Shown here piece by piece: positions 54,045 through 64,000 of a stretch of 64,000 nt of DNA. The notes beneath the pieces were generated by a model. The model was not told where the DNA came from and searched no databases. It worked only from the letters and a program-made list of their open reading frames with translations. The translations under genes were made by a program, and so were the position numbers. Position 1 is the stretch's first letter. Each line of letters opens with the position of its first letter. Location: positions 5,024,001 to 5,088,000 of the forward strand of contig CM075995.1 of the NCBI GenBank assembly GCA_038087875.1, read 5' to 3'. This stretch comes from Malacoraja senta (lineage: Eukaryota).

Positions 54045-54325
54045 GGCAGCACAGTGGCATAGCGATGGAGTTGCTGCCTTACAGCGAATGCAGCGCCGGA
54101 GACCCGGGTTCGATCCCGACTACGGGTGCTGCCTGTAAGGAGTTCTCCCTGTGACCTGCGTGGGTTTTCTCCGAGATCTTCGGTTTCCTCCCACACTGAA
54201 AGACGTACAGGTTTGTAGGTTAATTGGCTTGGTAAATGTAAAAATTGTTTCTAGTGGGTGTAGGATAGTGTTAATATGCACGGATCGCTGGCCGGCTGTA
54301 TCTCTAAACTAAACTAAACTAAAAT
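54045..54325 (+). mobile_element. HE1-type SINE (further copies near 5210, 8510, 9200, 13835, 35070, 41060, 42205, 50015, 52840 and 55660)
   Basis: Same consensus. Confidence 0.85.
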
Positions 54326-57300
54326 CTCTGAAAGATTAGTCAATGCCACAACAAAGAAATAGATATTTGGCCCATCAAGTCAATGCAACTCGAGCTACCT
54401 AGTCTAATTCTACTTCTGCTGCCCCCTCAGAAGCCTTTTTTTTTTTTTAAATTGACCTTTTTCAAACAAAGATCCAAATTTATTTATTTCCCTAAAATGT
54501 TGGCCTCACTTCGAAAACCTTGTTAGCTTAAATGTCAAAACATTAACATGTTTCTTTATTGTAATTCCCTATCATCAACTCAAAATCTCAACTCTATTTC
54601 ACCCTCCACAGATACTGCTTGATCAGCGGAGTATTTCCAGCATTTTCTGTTTTATTTCAGATGGCCAGAATAAAGAGTACTTTGCTTTTGTGTGCCATCT
54701 GTATTATGTTGGAAACCCCTTAATTTTGAACAATGAATGCCAATGAAAGGATGTCTCGACCATTTTATATATTCTTTATTCATAAGCCAAATGAACTACA
54801 GGGGTATTTCAGGAATTGTTCCAGTTTATCTTCTCTGAACTGCTTCCGATGCATTTACATGATTTCTTAAATAAGGATTGGTGCTGGGGCATGTGGAAAA
54901 AAATGTGGGTGGTCTGTTTAGCAAATTTATGGATAGCACAAAAATTGGGTGGAAATGCAGACAGTGAGAAAGGTTGTTAAGGATACAGATATAGGATATA
55001 GATTAGTTGGAATTTTGATTGTGAAATGGCCCATGGAGTCGATTGGGATGAGTGTAATGTATTGCACTTTGGGAGGTGAAATGCAAGGGGAAGTATACAG
55101 TTAATGACATGACCCTTACCAGAAAGATACACACAAAATGCTGGAGTAACTCAGCGGGCGGGACAGGCAGCATCTCTGGATAGAAGGAATGGGTGACCTT
55201 TCGGGGCGAGACCCTTCTTAACAACATTGATGTACAGAGGGATCTTGGGGTGTAAGTCCATAATTCCCTGAAAGTGGCAACACAAGTAACTAGAATGGTA
55301 AAGAAGAGGAATCAATGGTATGCTTGCCTTCATCGGCCAGGGCATTGAGTTTCAGAGTCAGGAAGTCACATTGCACCTTTGTAAAATTTTGATAAGGCTG
55401 CATGCATTTGGTGTATTGTGCTCAGTTCTGTTTGTCCCATTATGAGAAGTTATTAGCTATAAGGAGAAGGGACAAACTTGGATTGTTTCCTTTGAAGCAT
55501 AGAAGGCTGAGGGGAGACCTGATAGAAGAATATAAAATGATCAGTCATAGATAGGGTAGACATTTTTTCAAAGGTGGAAATGTCAAATACTGAAGAAGAT
55601 AGGTCTAAGGCAAGAGGGGGAAAGTTTAAGGGGATTTATGAGGCAAGTTGATTTTCAACATAGTTTAGTTTAGAGATATAGCGCGGAAACAGGCCCTCCG
55701 GCCCACCGGGTCCGCGCCGACCAACGATCCCTGTACATTAACACCATTCTACATATAAGCTAACAAGGTTTTTTACATTTGCCAAGCCAATTAACCTACA
55801 AACCTGTACGTCTTTGGAGTGTGGGAGGAAACCAAAGATCTCGGAGAAAACCCACGCAGGTCAAAGGGAGAATGTACAAACTCTGTACAGACAGCACCCG
55901 TAGTCGGGATCGAACCCGTGTCTCCGGCACTGCATTCGCTGTAAGGCAGCAACTCTACTGCTTGCTTCTACCTGCCTGGAACAGCCAGGTGGAAGCAAAT
56001 ATGACAGCAACGTTGAAGAAGCTTTTAGATAGATACATGAATAAGCAGAGAGGAGAGGAAAAGGTGTGGTTGGTATAGATTTGTATCATGTTCAATGTAG
56101 ACACCATGGGCTGAAGGACCAGTTCCTGCACTGTCTTACTCAGTACACGTGACAATATAAACGAAGCTATATATTATGAATATATTAGTTATATTTTTTC
56201 ATTAAAATGTTGCAATCTATAATCCAATATTATATAAATTATCTGATAAATTTGCACAGAAAGTATGATGGTGGCTTTTGGAAGCTTTCAGTCCAGATGG
56301 GTAAAACTTTCTTGCTATTGGAAGTGGAATTCATTGCCACAGACGGCTGTCATAAGGTCATAAGTGATAGGAGCAGAATTGGGCCATTTGGCCCATCAAG
56401 TCTACTCCGCCATTCAATCATGGCTGATCTATCTCTCCCTCCTAACCAAACTCACCAGCCTTCACCCCATAACCCCTGACACACGTACTAATGAAGAATC
56501 TATTGATGTGTAGGAAAGAACTGCAGATACTGGTTTAAATCGAAGGGAGGCACAAAATGCTGGAGTAACCCAGTGGGACAGGCAGCATCACTGCAGAGAA
56601 GGAATGGGAATATATCTATCTCTGTCTAGAAAATATCCATTGACTTGGCCTCCACAGCCTTCTGTGGCAAAGAATTTCACAGATTCACCACCCTCTGACT
56701 AAAGAAAGTCCTCCTCATCTCCTTCCTAAAGGACCGTCTTTTAATTCTGAGACAATGACCTCTAGCCCTAGACTCTCCCACTGAAGGCTGTGGAGGCGGT
56801 CAATGGATATTTTTAAGGCAGAGATTGATAGATTGATTAGTACGGTGTCAGGAGCTATGGGAAGAAGGCAGGAAAATGAGGTTGAGAGGGAAAGACAGAT
56901 CAACCATGATCGAATCGCGTCGTAGACTTGATGGGCCGAATGGCCTAATTCTTCTCCTATAACTTACGAACTCTTGCTTTTCTTTCAAAAACAAACCTGA
57001 TACATATCATTATATATGAAAACAATACACCGGTGCATGGTACAGATGAGGAGCACAGCAAATGATGCAAACGAATGAAATATATCTGCCTAGTGCCAAG
57101 TCCTTTAAATCACCATGTTTATCAGTGAACCACGATTTTACGTGACTCACACTCTAACTGACCATTGCGGGTAAATCGGTCCGCATTGTAACTGGCAGCG
57201 ATCTCGCAGCGGAAAGCGTCTAAAGGCGCTTGTAACATATGCACCGTAACACAATTTTTAAAAACAGATGACCGAAACGTGAGGCTGATGGAAAAACGCA

Positions 57301-57548
57301 GTCTGTGAGAAAGGCTTCTGCAAAGTCAATCGGTTATTTTTTTTAAAATCCCTTTTAAAATTGAATGGTTGAAATCAACTGTAAAATTTTGACCCATCAC
57401 AACACTTATAACTGCAATGCGACTGATGCTATTACAGAATTCCTCCTTCTTTAAATTTTCCAAATTAGCGAAAAATCTCACGACCCCTCTCAAGATTGTT
57501 ACCTCGAGATTTAGCTCGGCTTCCCCGAATGCAGGAAGTGACACGTAC

Positions 57549-57573
57549 CGGTTACTCGGATTGATTCCAGCAT
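57549..57573 (-). CDS. MATCAP2: MATCAP2/KIAA0895 first coding exon (MLESIRVT + first base of E)
   Basis: Minus strand reads ATG CTG GAA TCA ATC CGA GTA ACC G|GTACGT. MLESIRVTE matches the recalled vertebrate KIAA0895 N-terminus, and the phase-1 donor joins exon 2 in frame. Confidence 0.88.
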
Positions 57574-57867
57574 GCCTGGCGACCTCCTGTGTGACTGGCA
57601 AGAAGGATTCGAGCAGAGAAAGCAAGCAGCAGACCAGACTGTTCGGGGTTATTTGCTTCCACTGGCAGAGAAAGATACATTAAAGAAAATATCAACAGTA
57701 CACACACACAGAGACTATACAGACACAGACAGACGCACTGTTTAAAAAAAAAAAGGACTAACAGAGTCCCCGACTGGGTCAACTGCCGTCAAATAAATAC
57801 ATGGTGCGGGTTTGTAATTTGCACGCATATCTCTCGGAGGCTGGAGTTTGAGAGCTCGGCGCCGTAC

Positions 57868-57990
57868 CTGGGTGGTCTGTTGTGGTCCTTATCTCTGCAG
57901 GATTGCCGCAGTTTCCAGCTGCCCCATAACGCGCGCCCCCGACACCCCGCCTGTCATTCTCACGTTCCTCTCGCTACTGTCCCGCCGCCG
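57868..57990 (-). other. MATCAP2: Putative non-coding first exon of MATCAP2 (5' end uncertain)
   Basis: Donor CCCAG|GTACGG at 57868. A good acceptor (TATCTTTCTCTGCCAG|T) at 57661 lies upstream of the ATG exon. The exon sits in CpG-rich sequence just downstream of an X-box. Confidence 0.5.
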
Positions 57991-58003
57991 TTCCCTAGGC
58001 AAC
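57990..58003. promoter_or_regulatory. RFX X-box motif GTTCCCTAGGCAAC
   Basis: 14-bp near-palindrome matching the RFX consensus GTNRCC-N(0-3)-RGYAAC when read on the minus strand (GTTGCC TA GGGAAC, one deviation), at the inferred TSS. Confidence 0.65.
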
Positions 58004-58751
58004 CTCATTGTGCCGTCACAATTCCACCCTCTGTGACGCCGTGGACGTGAACGCGCCTTGTGCGTTTCTCTTTGAAACACCATTCCAGCACAGATTTGCA
58101 AAAAAAATGTGTTGAATGGGGATATATGCCTGCAATCACTCGCTCCTCAGATTGGTACGGGTGCTAAGGGTCATGGGAGGAAGGCAAGAGAATGGGGTTA
58201 ATAAGAGATAGATCAGGACTGGTTTGGAGGGATATGGACCAAATGCTGGCAGGTGGGAGTAGTGTAGCTGGGCCATGTTGGCCGGTGTGGACCAAAGGGC
58301 CCGTTTCCACACTGTATCGCTCTATGATTCTATCAGCCATGATTGAATGGCTGAGTGGAGTTGATGGGCCGAATGGTCTAATTCTGTTCCTATCACTTAT
58401 GACCTTATGAGCCTTGGAAACAATTCAGTCATAGAGTGTTGCAGCGTTGAGTAATTGCAGGATGTGCTTTCTGCAGGATACACTGCAGTGACTTGTCAAG
58501 GGTTCTTCAACAGCATCCTCCAAGTAGGACACAAAGTGCTGGAGTAACACAGCACATCAGGTAGCATCTCTGGAGATGATGGGTAGGTGATGTTTCGGAT
58601 TGAGATCCTTCTTCCTTGTGTCCACATAGTCTTACAGTGTGGAAGCAGGCCCTTCGGCCCAATTTTCCCACACTAGCCATCATGTCCCATGTACACTAGT
58701 CCCACCTGCTTGCATTTGCACATATCCCTCTAAACCTGTCCTATCCATATA

Positions 58752-59603
58752 CCGGATTGGACTGATCCAGGATGGGGAGGAATCTGCCTACAGACAGGAA
58801 GTGTCACAGCTGGCGTCCTGGTGCCGTCGCAACAACCTAGAGCTCAATGCTCTTAAGACAGTGGAATTGATTGTAGACTTTAGGAGAGCTCCCCCTCCCC
58901 TCACCATCAACAACACCACAGTCACATCTGTGGAGATTTTTAAGTTCCTGGGAACCATCATCTCCAAGGACCTTAAGTGGGGGGCTACCATCGACTCCAC
59001 AGTCAAAAAGGCACAACAGAGGATGTATTTCCTACGGCAGCTGAGGAAGCACAATCTGCCACAGGCAATGATGGTCCAATTCTACACGGCCATCGTAGAG
59101 TCTGTTCTCACCTTCTCCATCATGGTCTGGTTTGGCTCAGCCACCAAGCACGACACCTGGAAGCTGCAGCGAATCGTCCGATCAGCAGAGTAGGTTATTG
59201 GCTGCAACCTTCCCTCCATTGATGAACTGTACACTGCAAGGGCCAGGAAGCGAGCGGGCAAGATCATCTCCGACCCCTCTCACCCTGGCCACAAACTCTT
59301 TGAATCACTTCCCTCTGGAAGGCGACTCCGGATTGTCAAAGCTGCCACAGCCAGACATAAAAACAGTTTTTATCCACGGGTAGCTGCTCTACTCAACAGC
59401 CAAAAATCTGTAGCCTCCCTTTGATTTGGTATTTTGTTGGTTCACATGCTTGATCAATGGTGTTTTATCATTAATGTTTTATTATTATTAATGTTTAGTG
59501 TTTTCTGAGTCATTTGTAACTGTCACTGTATGTCAAGTTGTTACTTGTGGGCGGAGCACCAAGGCAAATTCCTTGTATGTGAATACTTGGCCAATAAACT
59601 TAC
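58752..59603 (+). mobile_element. Rex/Babar-type LINE 3' fragment
   Basis: ORF 58639..59193 (NNLELNALKTVELIVDFR, KKAQQRMYFLRQL). Confidence 0.8.
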
Positions 59604-59743
59604 CTGTCTAAATGTTTCTTGTCTAAATGCGATACTACCTGCCTCAACTACCTTCCCTAGCAGCTCATTTCACTCAGAGGAATAACCATATAGACACTGT
59701 AAATCCAGACATTTTTAGTAGAATAAAGATCATTGCAATAGGT

Positions 59744-59880
59744 CTTCTTCTTGCGTATGGCGTGCACAGCCTAAAGTTGTAGGACACCTGTTCTATTTGA
59801 TCTTATTTGATTGTGCACTCCGGGATGATTGCATTCGTTGAAACAGGGCGGACCACGTGAAGGTTGCAATCTCCCACCCC
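59744..59880 (-). mobile_element. ~137-nt short retroposon with a 5' HDV-like ribozyme head and (AAG)n tail, copy 1
   Basis: TSD ATTGCAATA (59732-59740 / 59881-59889). Near-identical to 63082-63216, with the same 5' end. Confidence 0.8.
59827..59880 (-). ncRNA. Putative minimal HDV-like (CPEB3-type) self-cleaving ribozyme
   Basis: GGGGUGG-GA-GAUUGCA-ACC-UUCACGU-GGU-CCGCCCU-GU-UUCAA-CGAA-UGCAAUC. P1 is 7 bp with G1.U, P2 7 bp, P3 3 bp, L3 7 nt, J4/2 CGAA. Confidence 0.8.
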
Positions 59881-60084
59881 ATTGCAATAAGTGAAGTTTA
59901 TTTAGTTTATTGTCAAGTGAACCGAGGTACAGTGAAAAGCTTTTACTGCATGGTAACTAGTCAGCGGAAAGACAATACATGATTATAATCGAAGCATTCA
60001 CAGTGCACAGATACATGATAAAGGGAATAACGTAAATAACATTTAGTGCAAGATAAAGCTAGTAAGTTGTCTGATAACAGCTGG

Positions 60085-61135
60085 TCAAGACCCTTCTTCT
60101 TTATTGTGGGGGGGGGGGAGAAGAAAGCTGGAAAAGGGGAAAGGCAGGACAAAGTGTGGCAGGTAACAGAGGCACAGGTCAACATAGGCAAAGGGATTTT
60201 GATAGGCAAATAGATGGAGCAAAGACCAGAGGTAAGAACAAAATCTGTGAGACAAGTTTGAGGAATTGCAGATTGTGAAACCAGATGGAGGAAAGTAGCG
60301 GAGCGGTGGGAGGGGGGGAGAGGGGGGGAGGGTTGGGAGAGTGGTGTTGGGAATTGGAAGGGAGAAATAGGTGGCAGCCCAGATGGAGCATAGGGAAAGG
60401 GCGAATGGGAGGTGAGATGGAAAAAGGGGTTGTGGTGGGTTAGTTAAAATTACAGAATTAATGTTCATAACCATGGGTTGTAAGCTACCCAAGTGGAATT
60501 TGAGGTGCTGTTCCTCCAGTTGCATGTGGCCTCACTCTGGCAATGAAAGAGGCCCAGTACAGACAGGTCAATGTGCGACTGGGAAGGGGAGTTAAAATGG
60601 TTAGCAACTGGGAGATCCAGTAGGCCTTGACGGACCGAGCGCAAGTGTTCAGCGAAATGGTTGACAAGTCTACACTTGGTCTTGTGATGTACAGGAGGCC
60701 ACATCAGGAATACCAAATGCAGTAGATGAGGTGAACGTGAACCTCTGTCTCTCCTGGAAGGACTGCTGTGCTGAGGTCCCTGGATGGAGGCGATGGAGGA
60801 GGTATAGGGACAGATGTTACATTTCCTGTTGGTACACAAAAATGCTGGAGAAACTCAGCGGGTGCAGCAGCATCTATGAAGCGAAGGAAATAGGTAACGT
60901 TTCGGGCCGAAACCCTTCTTCAGACGTTTCGGCCCGAAACGTTACCTATTTCCTTCGCTCCATAGATGCTGCTGCACCCGCTGAGTTTCTCCAGCATTTT
61001 TGTGTACCTTCGATTTTCCAGCATCTGCAGTTCCTTCTTTTACATTTCCTGTTGTTGCAAGGGAAAGTAACTGGGGAGAGGGTGGTTTGGGTGGGAAGGG
61101 ATGAGTGAACTACAGAGTTGCAGAGGGTGTGGTCT
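60085..61135 (-). mobile_element. Old degenerate Penelope-like GIY-YIG fragment
   Basis: ORFs 60465..60839 (FAEHLRSV...PVANHFNSPS) and 60085..60525 (LEEQHLKFHLGSLQP); interrupted at 60831-61039. Confidence 0.8.
60831..61039. mobile_element. Inverted pair of Penelope pLTR fragments (mini-insertion)
   Basis: Arms 60831-60913 and 60926-61008 are near-perfect reverse complements; 14-bp TSD TTACATTTCCTGTT. Confidence 0.85.
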
Positions 61136-63081
61136 TTTAGTGTATGCCTTAAGGTACCAGGGGAAAATAAAGAATGATTTCAAGTGTATATTATCACCTC
61201 AGTTTTGAAGTTAACCATTTAAGCTGCTTAAACTTTATTCTCAGTGAGATTCCTTTGATGATTGCACTTGAGAAGTGTCGGTTGAAAACTAAGAGTAAAA
61301 TAGTTTAAAAATATGAAGCTGTATTTATTTTCATGCACATTGTCCTGAGTGTAGGTGGGTGGCAGGAGAACTGGAGGTGGGAGGTGTTGATGGATGCGTG
61401 AAGGAGATTTAATTACAGGGAAATAAATAGGAGAATAGGCTGATGGAAAACACTCTAAGATTCAACATAGACTCAATAGTGTCTTTCTATATTGTCTGAA
61501 AATATGATTACAAAAATTGAAAAATTGAGTAATATCAAAAGAGTGAACAGATACAGCCGCAAACATTCTGCAGTTAAAAACTGAGGATGAATATTTAAAT
61601 GAACTGGTTTAAAGGTTATAAAATAGAAAAAAATAGAATTATACTTCAAAGTTTAAGCTTCTGCATTGAACACATTGTACAGTTTCGCCTCTGGGATTAT
61701 CAACAGTGTGAATACTGTTTGATGTGGGGTTTTTTTGGTAAGTACTTGTGTGATTGAAGCTGGGATGTGATGCAAAGAGTGGGCCTTTGATGTGGGCTCA
61801 GTAATTAAATGTATTCATTTGTGGTTAACAGGGATTGGTGGAGAAACTTGAAAAGGATGAAATAGAAAAACATATTGACATCTGGAATATAACAGCAAAG
61901 AAATGAATCACATTGAATGCGAACAGGCTACAGAGAGCAATTATAACAGAAGGAGGAAAATTATTAAAATGAAAGTCCATTTTTAAATAAGGTCATCAGA
62001 TTCACCACCATGTGTAGGATGAACGAAAGAACTGGGGAGAATGATTGAAATTGTATGTGGATTAACAGCCACATTGGAAAATTGTTGGAATAGCACAGGA
62101 ACTCATCCTAAACGTTAAAGATAACAGAGGGGTTTGTAACATTCAATGAAATGCAATCATTGCAATACATACGCCTTCTGTACCTATTATTGTTTAGGTA
62201 ACTTTGGGTGGTTATGTTTTGCACAAAATGCAGCACCATAAATATTATTTTGAAATTGCAACTCTTCACAGATTTTGCAAACAACAATTTATTTAGGATA
62301 CCTTGGCGTTGACTCTTCTAATTATATAAATGTTGGAAATAATTATGTGGGCTTAAGTAATTCAATTGAACTGAATCCATGGTCACCTGTTGTACAATTG
62401 TTCAATTTGGGCAGATTTCCAAACATGATTGCTTTAGACTCTTACAAGATAGAAGAGCGCTATTTAGCTCATTGCACCTGCTTTAGTTTACAAAGGGCTT
62501 AGTTATTGGTCCCACAATCCATGTCTTTAAATTTTGTTTTCAAATATCAATTCACCTCTTTTGGATGGTATTATCAATTCAGCATCTAATATTGTAGGCA
62601 ATTGATCTAACAACCATCCATAATAAAAAAAATCTTAACCTTACCCTTCATAATTCTTAAATTTAAGCCCTACCATTTGAGCTACAACAATCAATTAAAA
62701 AAAATTTTTTTTTTAGTTTTATTCTTATCATTTTAAACAGCTAAATTAGTTATTTTAATAATCTTCTTAACCGATAAAATGAGATCAAATTGTTCAATTC
62801 TCTTCTCATAACTGAAATCTATTCATCCCATGTATTGTTTCAATGAACATCTATGACACTCTATCCGTAGCCTAGACCTCTTTTCTGATGGACAAAGCTA
62901 AAAATTTGACGCAACATGCTAACAGCTGCCAAATCCTGGGTTGACTTTCTAAATGCTTACTCTTTAAAAGAAAAAAAGGGAAGACCACATAATTCTTTTA
63001 ATAAAGCTTCATTGACTAGTCCGATCACTTTTGAAGATTTGAATTTCAAATTCTCACCATGCCTCTATTGTCCCTGGAGTT

Positions 63082-63216
63082 CTTCTTGCATATGGAGTGC
63101 ACAGCCTAAAGTTGTAGGACAATTTGTTCTATTTGATCTTATTTGATTGTGCACGCCAGGTTGATTGCATTAGTTGAAACAGGGCGGACCACGTGAAGGT
63201 TGCAATCTCCCACCCC
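63082..63216 (-). mobile_element. ~135-nt short retroposon with a 5' HDV-like ribozyme head, copy 2
   Basis: TSD TCCCTGGAGTT / TCCCTTGAGTT (63071-63081 / 63217-63227, one mismatch). Same 5' G as copy 1. Confidence 0.8.
63163..63216 (-). ncRNA. Putative minimal HDV-like ribozyme, copy 2
   Basis: Identical 54-nt fold to 59827-59880 except that J4/2 is CUAA. Confidence 0.8.
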
Positions 63217-64000
63217 TCCCTTGAGTTATAAGGTCATTAGGCTTTCTTTGTAATTAACCAGAGAACATACACAGAACATAGAATTATACAACAAATGACA
63301 CAAATTGCTGGAGTAACTCAGCAGGTCAGGCAGCATCCCTGGAGAACATGGATATGTGATGTTTCTGGTTGAGACCTTTCTTCAGCTTGAAATGTCATCT
63401 ATCCATGTTCTCCAGGGATGATGCCTGACCTGCTGAGTTACTTCAGCACTTTGTGTCCATTTGTGTATTAACCAGCATCTGCAGTCCTTTGTTTCTACAT
63501 AAAATTATACGGCACAAGAACAGGTCCTTTGGCTCACCATGTCTCTGCCGGACAGGATGCCAATTTAAACTGCACATCAGCCTGTACATTATTGATATCC
63601 CTCTATTTCCTGTCTGTTAATGTGTCTAAATACCTCAAAAGTTACTCAGTCTGTTTCCCTGGCAACAGTTTCAAAGTACCTATCACTCATTGTGTAAAAT
63701 AAATTGCCTTGTAAACTCCTTTAAGACTTCCCCCATCTCACTTGAAACATATGACCTCTAGAATTTAACATTTTCACCCTAGGAAAAAGACTCAGACTAT
63801 CTACCATATCTAAACCTCACAAATTTTATATTCTTCGATCAGATCTCTTCAGCCTCCGATGTCCCAGAGAAAACAATCCAAATGTGTCTAGTACCTCATA
63901 CTCTCTAATCCAGGGAACATCCTGGTGAAGCATTCTTATACTTTCTCCAATGTCTCCACATCCTTCCAATAATGTGGCAACCGGAACTGCACACAAAATA

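Larger units (their letters stand above)
57150..58100. promoter_or_regulatory. CpG-rich, repeat-free promoter region of MATCAP2
   Basis: Visibly high CpG density and no recognisable transposons around the first exon(s). Confidence 0.65.

Noticed and set aside
54045..54125. tRNA-like sequences with a GGTTCGATCC B-box
   Set aside because: They continue into the V-SINE body and tail, so they are SINE heads, not tRNA genes.
57326..57782. Several 76-99-aa ORFs over the first exon
   Set aside because: They have no recognisable homology; only the 25-nt MLESIRVT frame splices to exon 2.
58100..64000. Expected divergent neighbour ANLN (adjacent in human, from memory)
   Set aside because: I found no recognisable anillin exon by eye in this interval.

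Overview
Vertebrate genomic DNA, very probably from a cartilaginous fish (shark/ray/skate). This is inferred from abundant HE1-type V-SINEs paired with CR1/HER1-type LINEs. The only host gene I can support is MATCAP2 (KIAA0895; microtubule-associated tyrosine carboxypeptidase family) on the minus strand. It has a CpG-rich promoter near 57.2-58.1 kb with an RFX X-box and five coding exons (57573-57549, 49672-49020, 10347-10204, 9012-8880, 3527-3222). All splice sites are GT-AG and in phase, giving 420 codons that include HEIGTH and TEEG; the remaining exons lie left of the window. The rest is a dense, nested transposon landscape: CR1, L1, Rex/Babar and Penelope-like retroelements, HE1 SINEs, Harbinger-type MITEs, hAT-type elements, non-autonomous Helitrons and a decayed DIRS element with intact terminal architecture. 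Most notable: (1) two copies of a ~135-nt TSD-flanked short retroposon whose 5' 54 nt fold into a minimal HDV/CPEB3-like self-cleaving ribozyme (59744-59880, 63082-63216, minus strand); (2) many hammerhead-core motifs in Penelope pseudo-LTR fragments; (3) a DIRS insertion sharing an 8-bp core with its circle junction; (4) 28-30-bp TIR-only elements with 8-bp TSDs. All of this was read by eye; family names are recalled, not searched, and repeat boundaries without a TSD are approximate.
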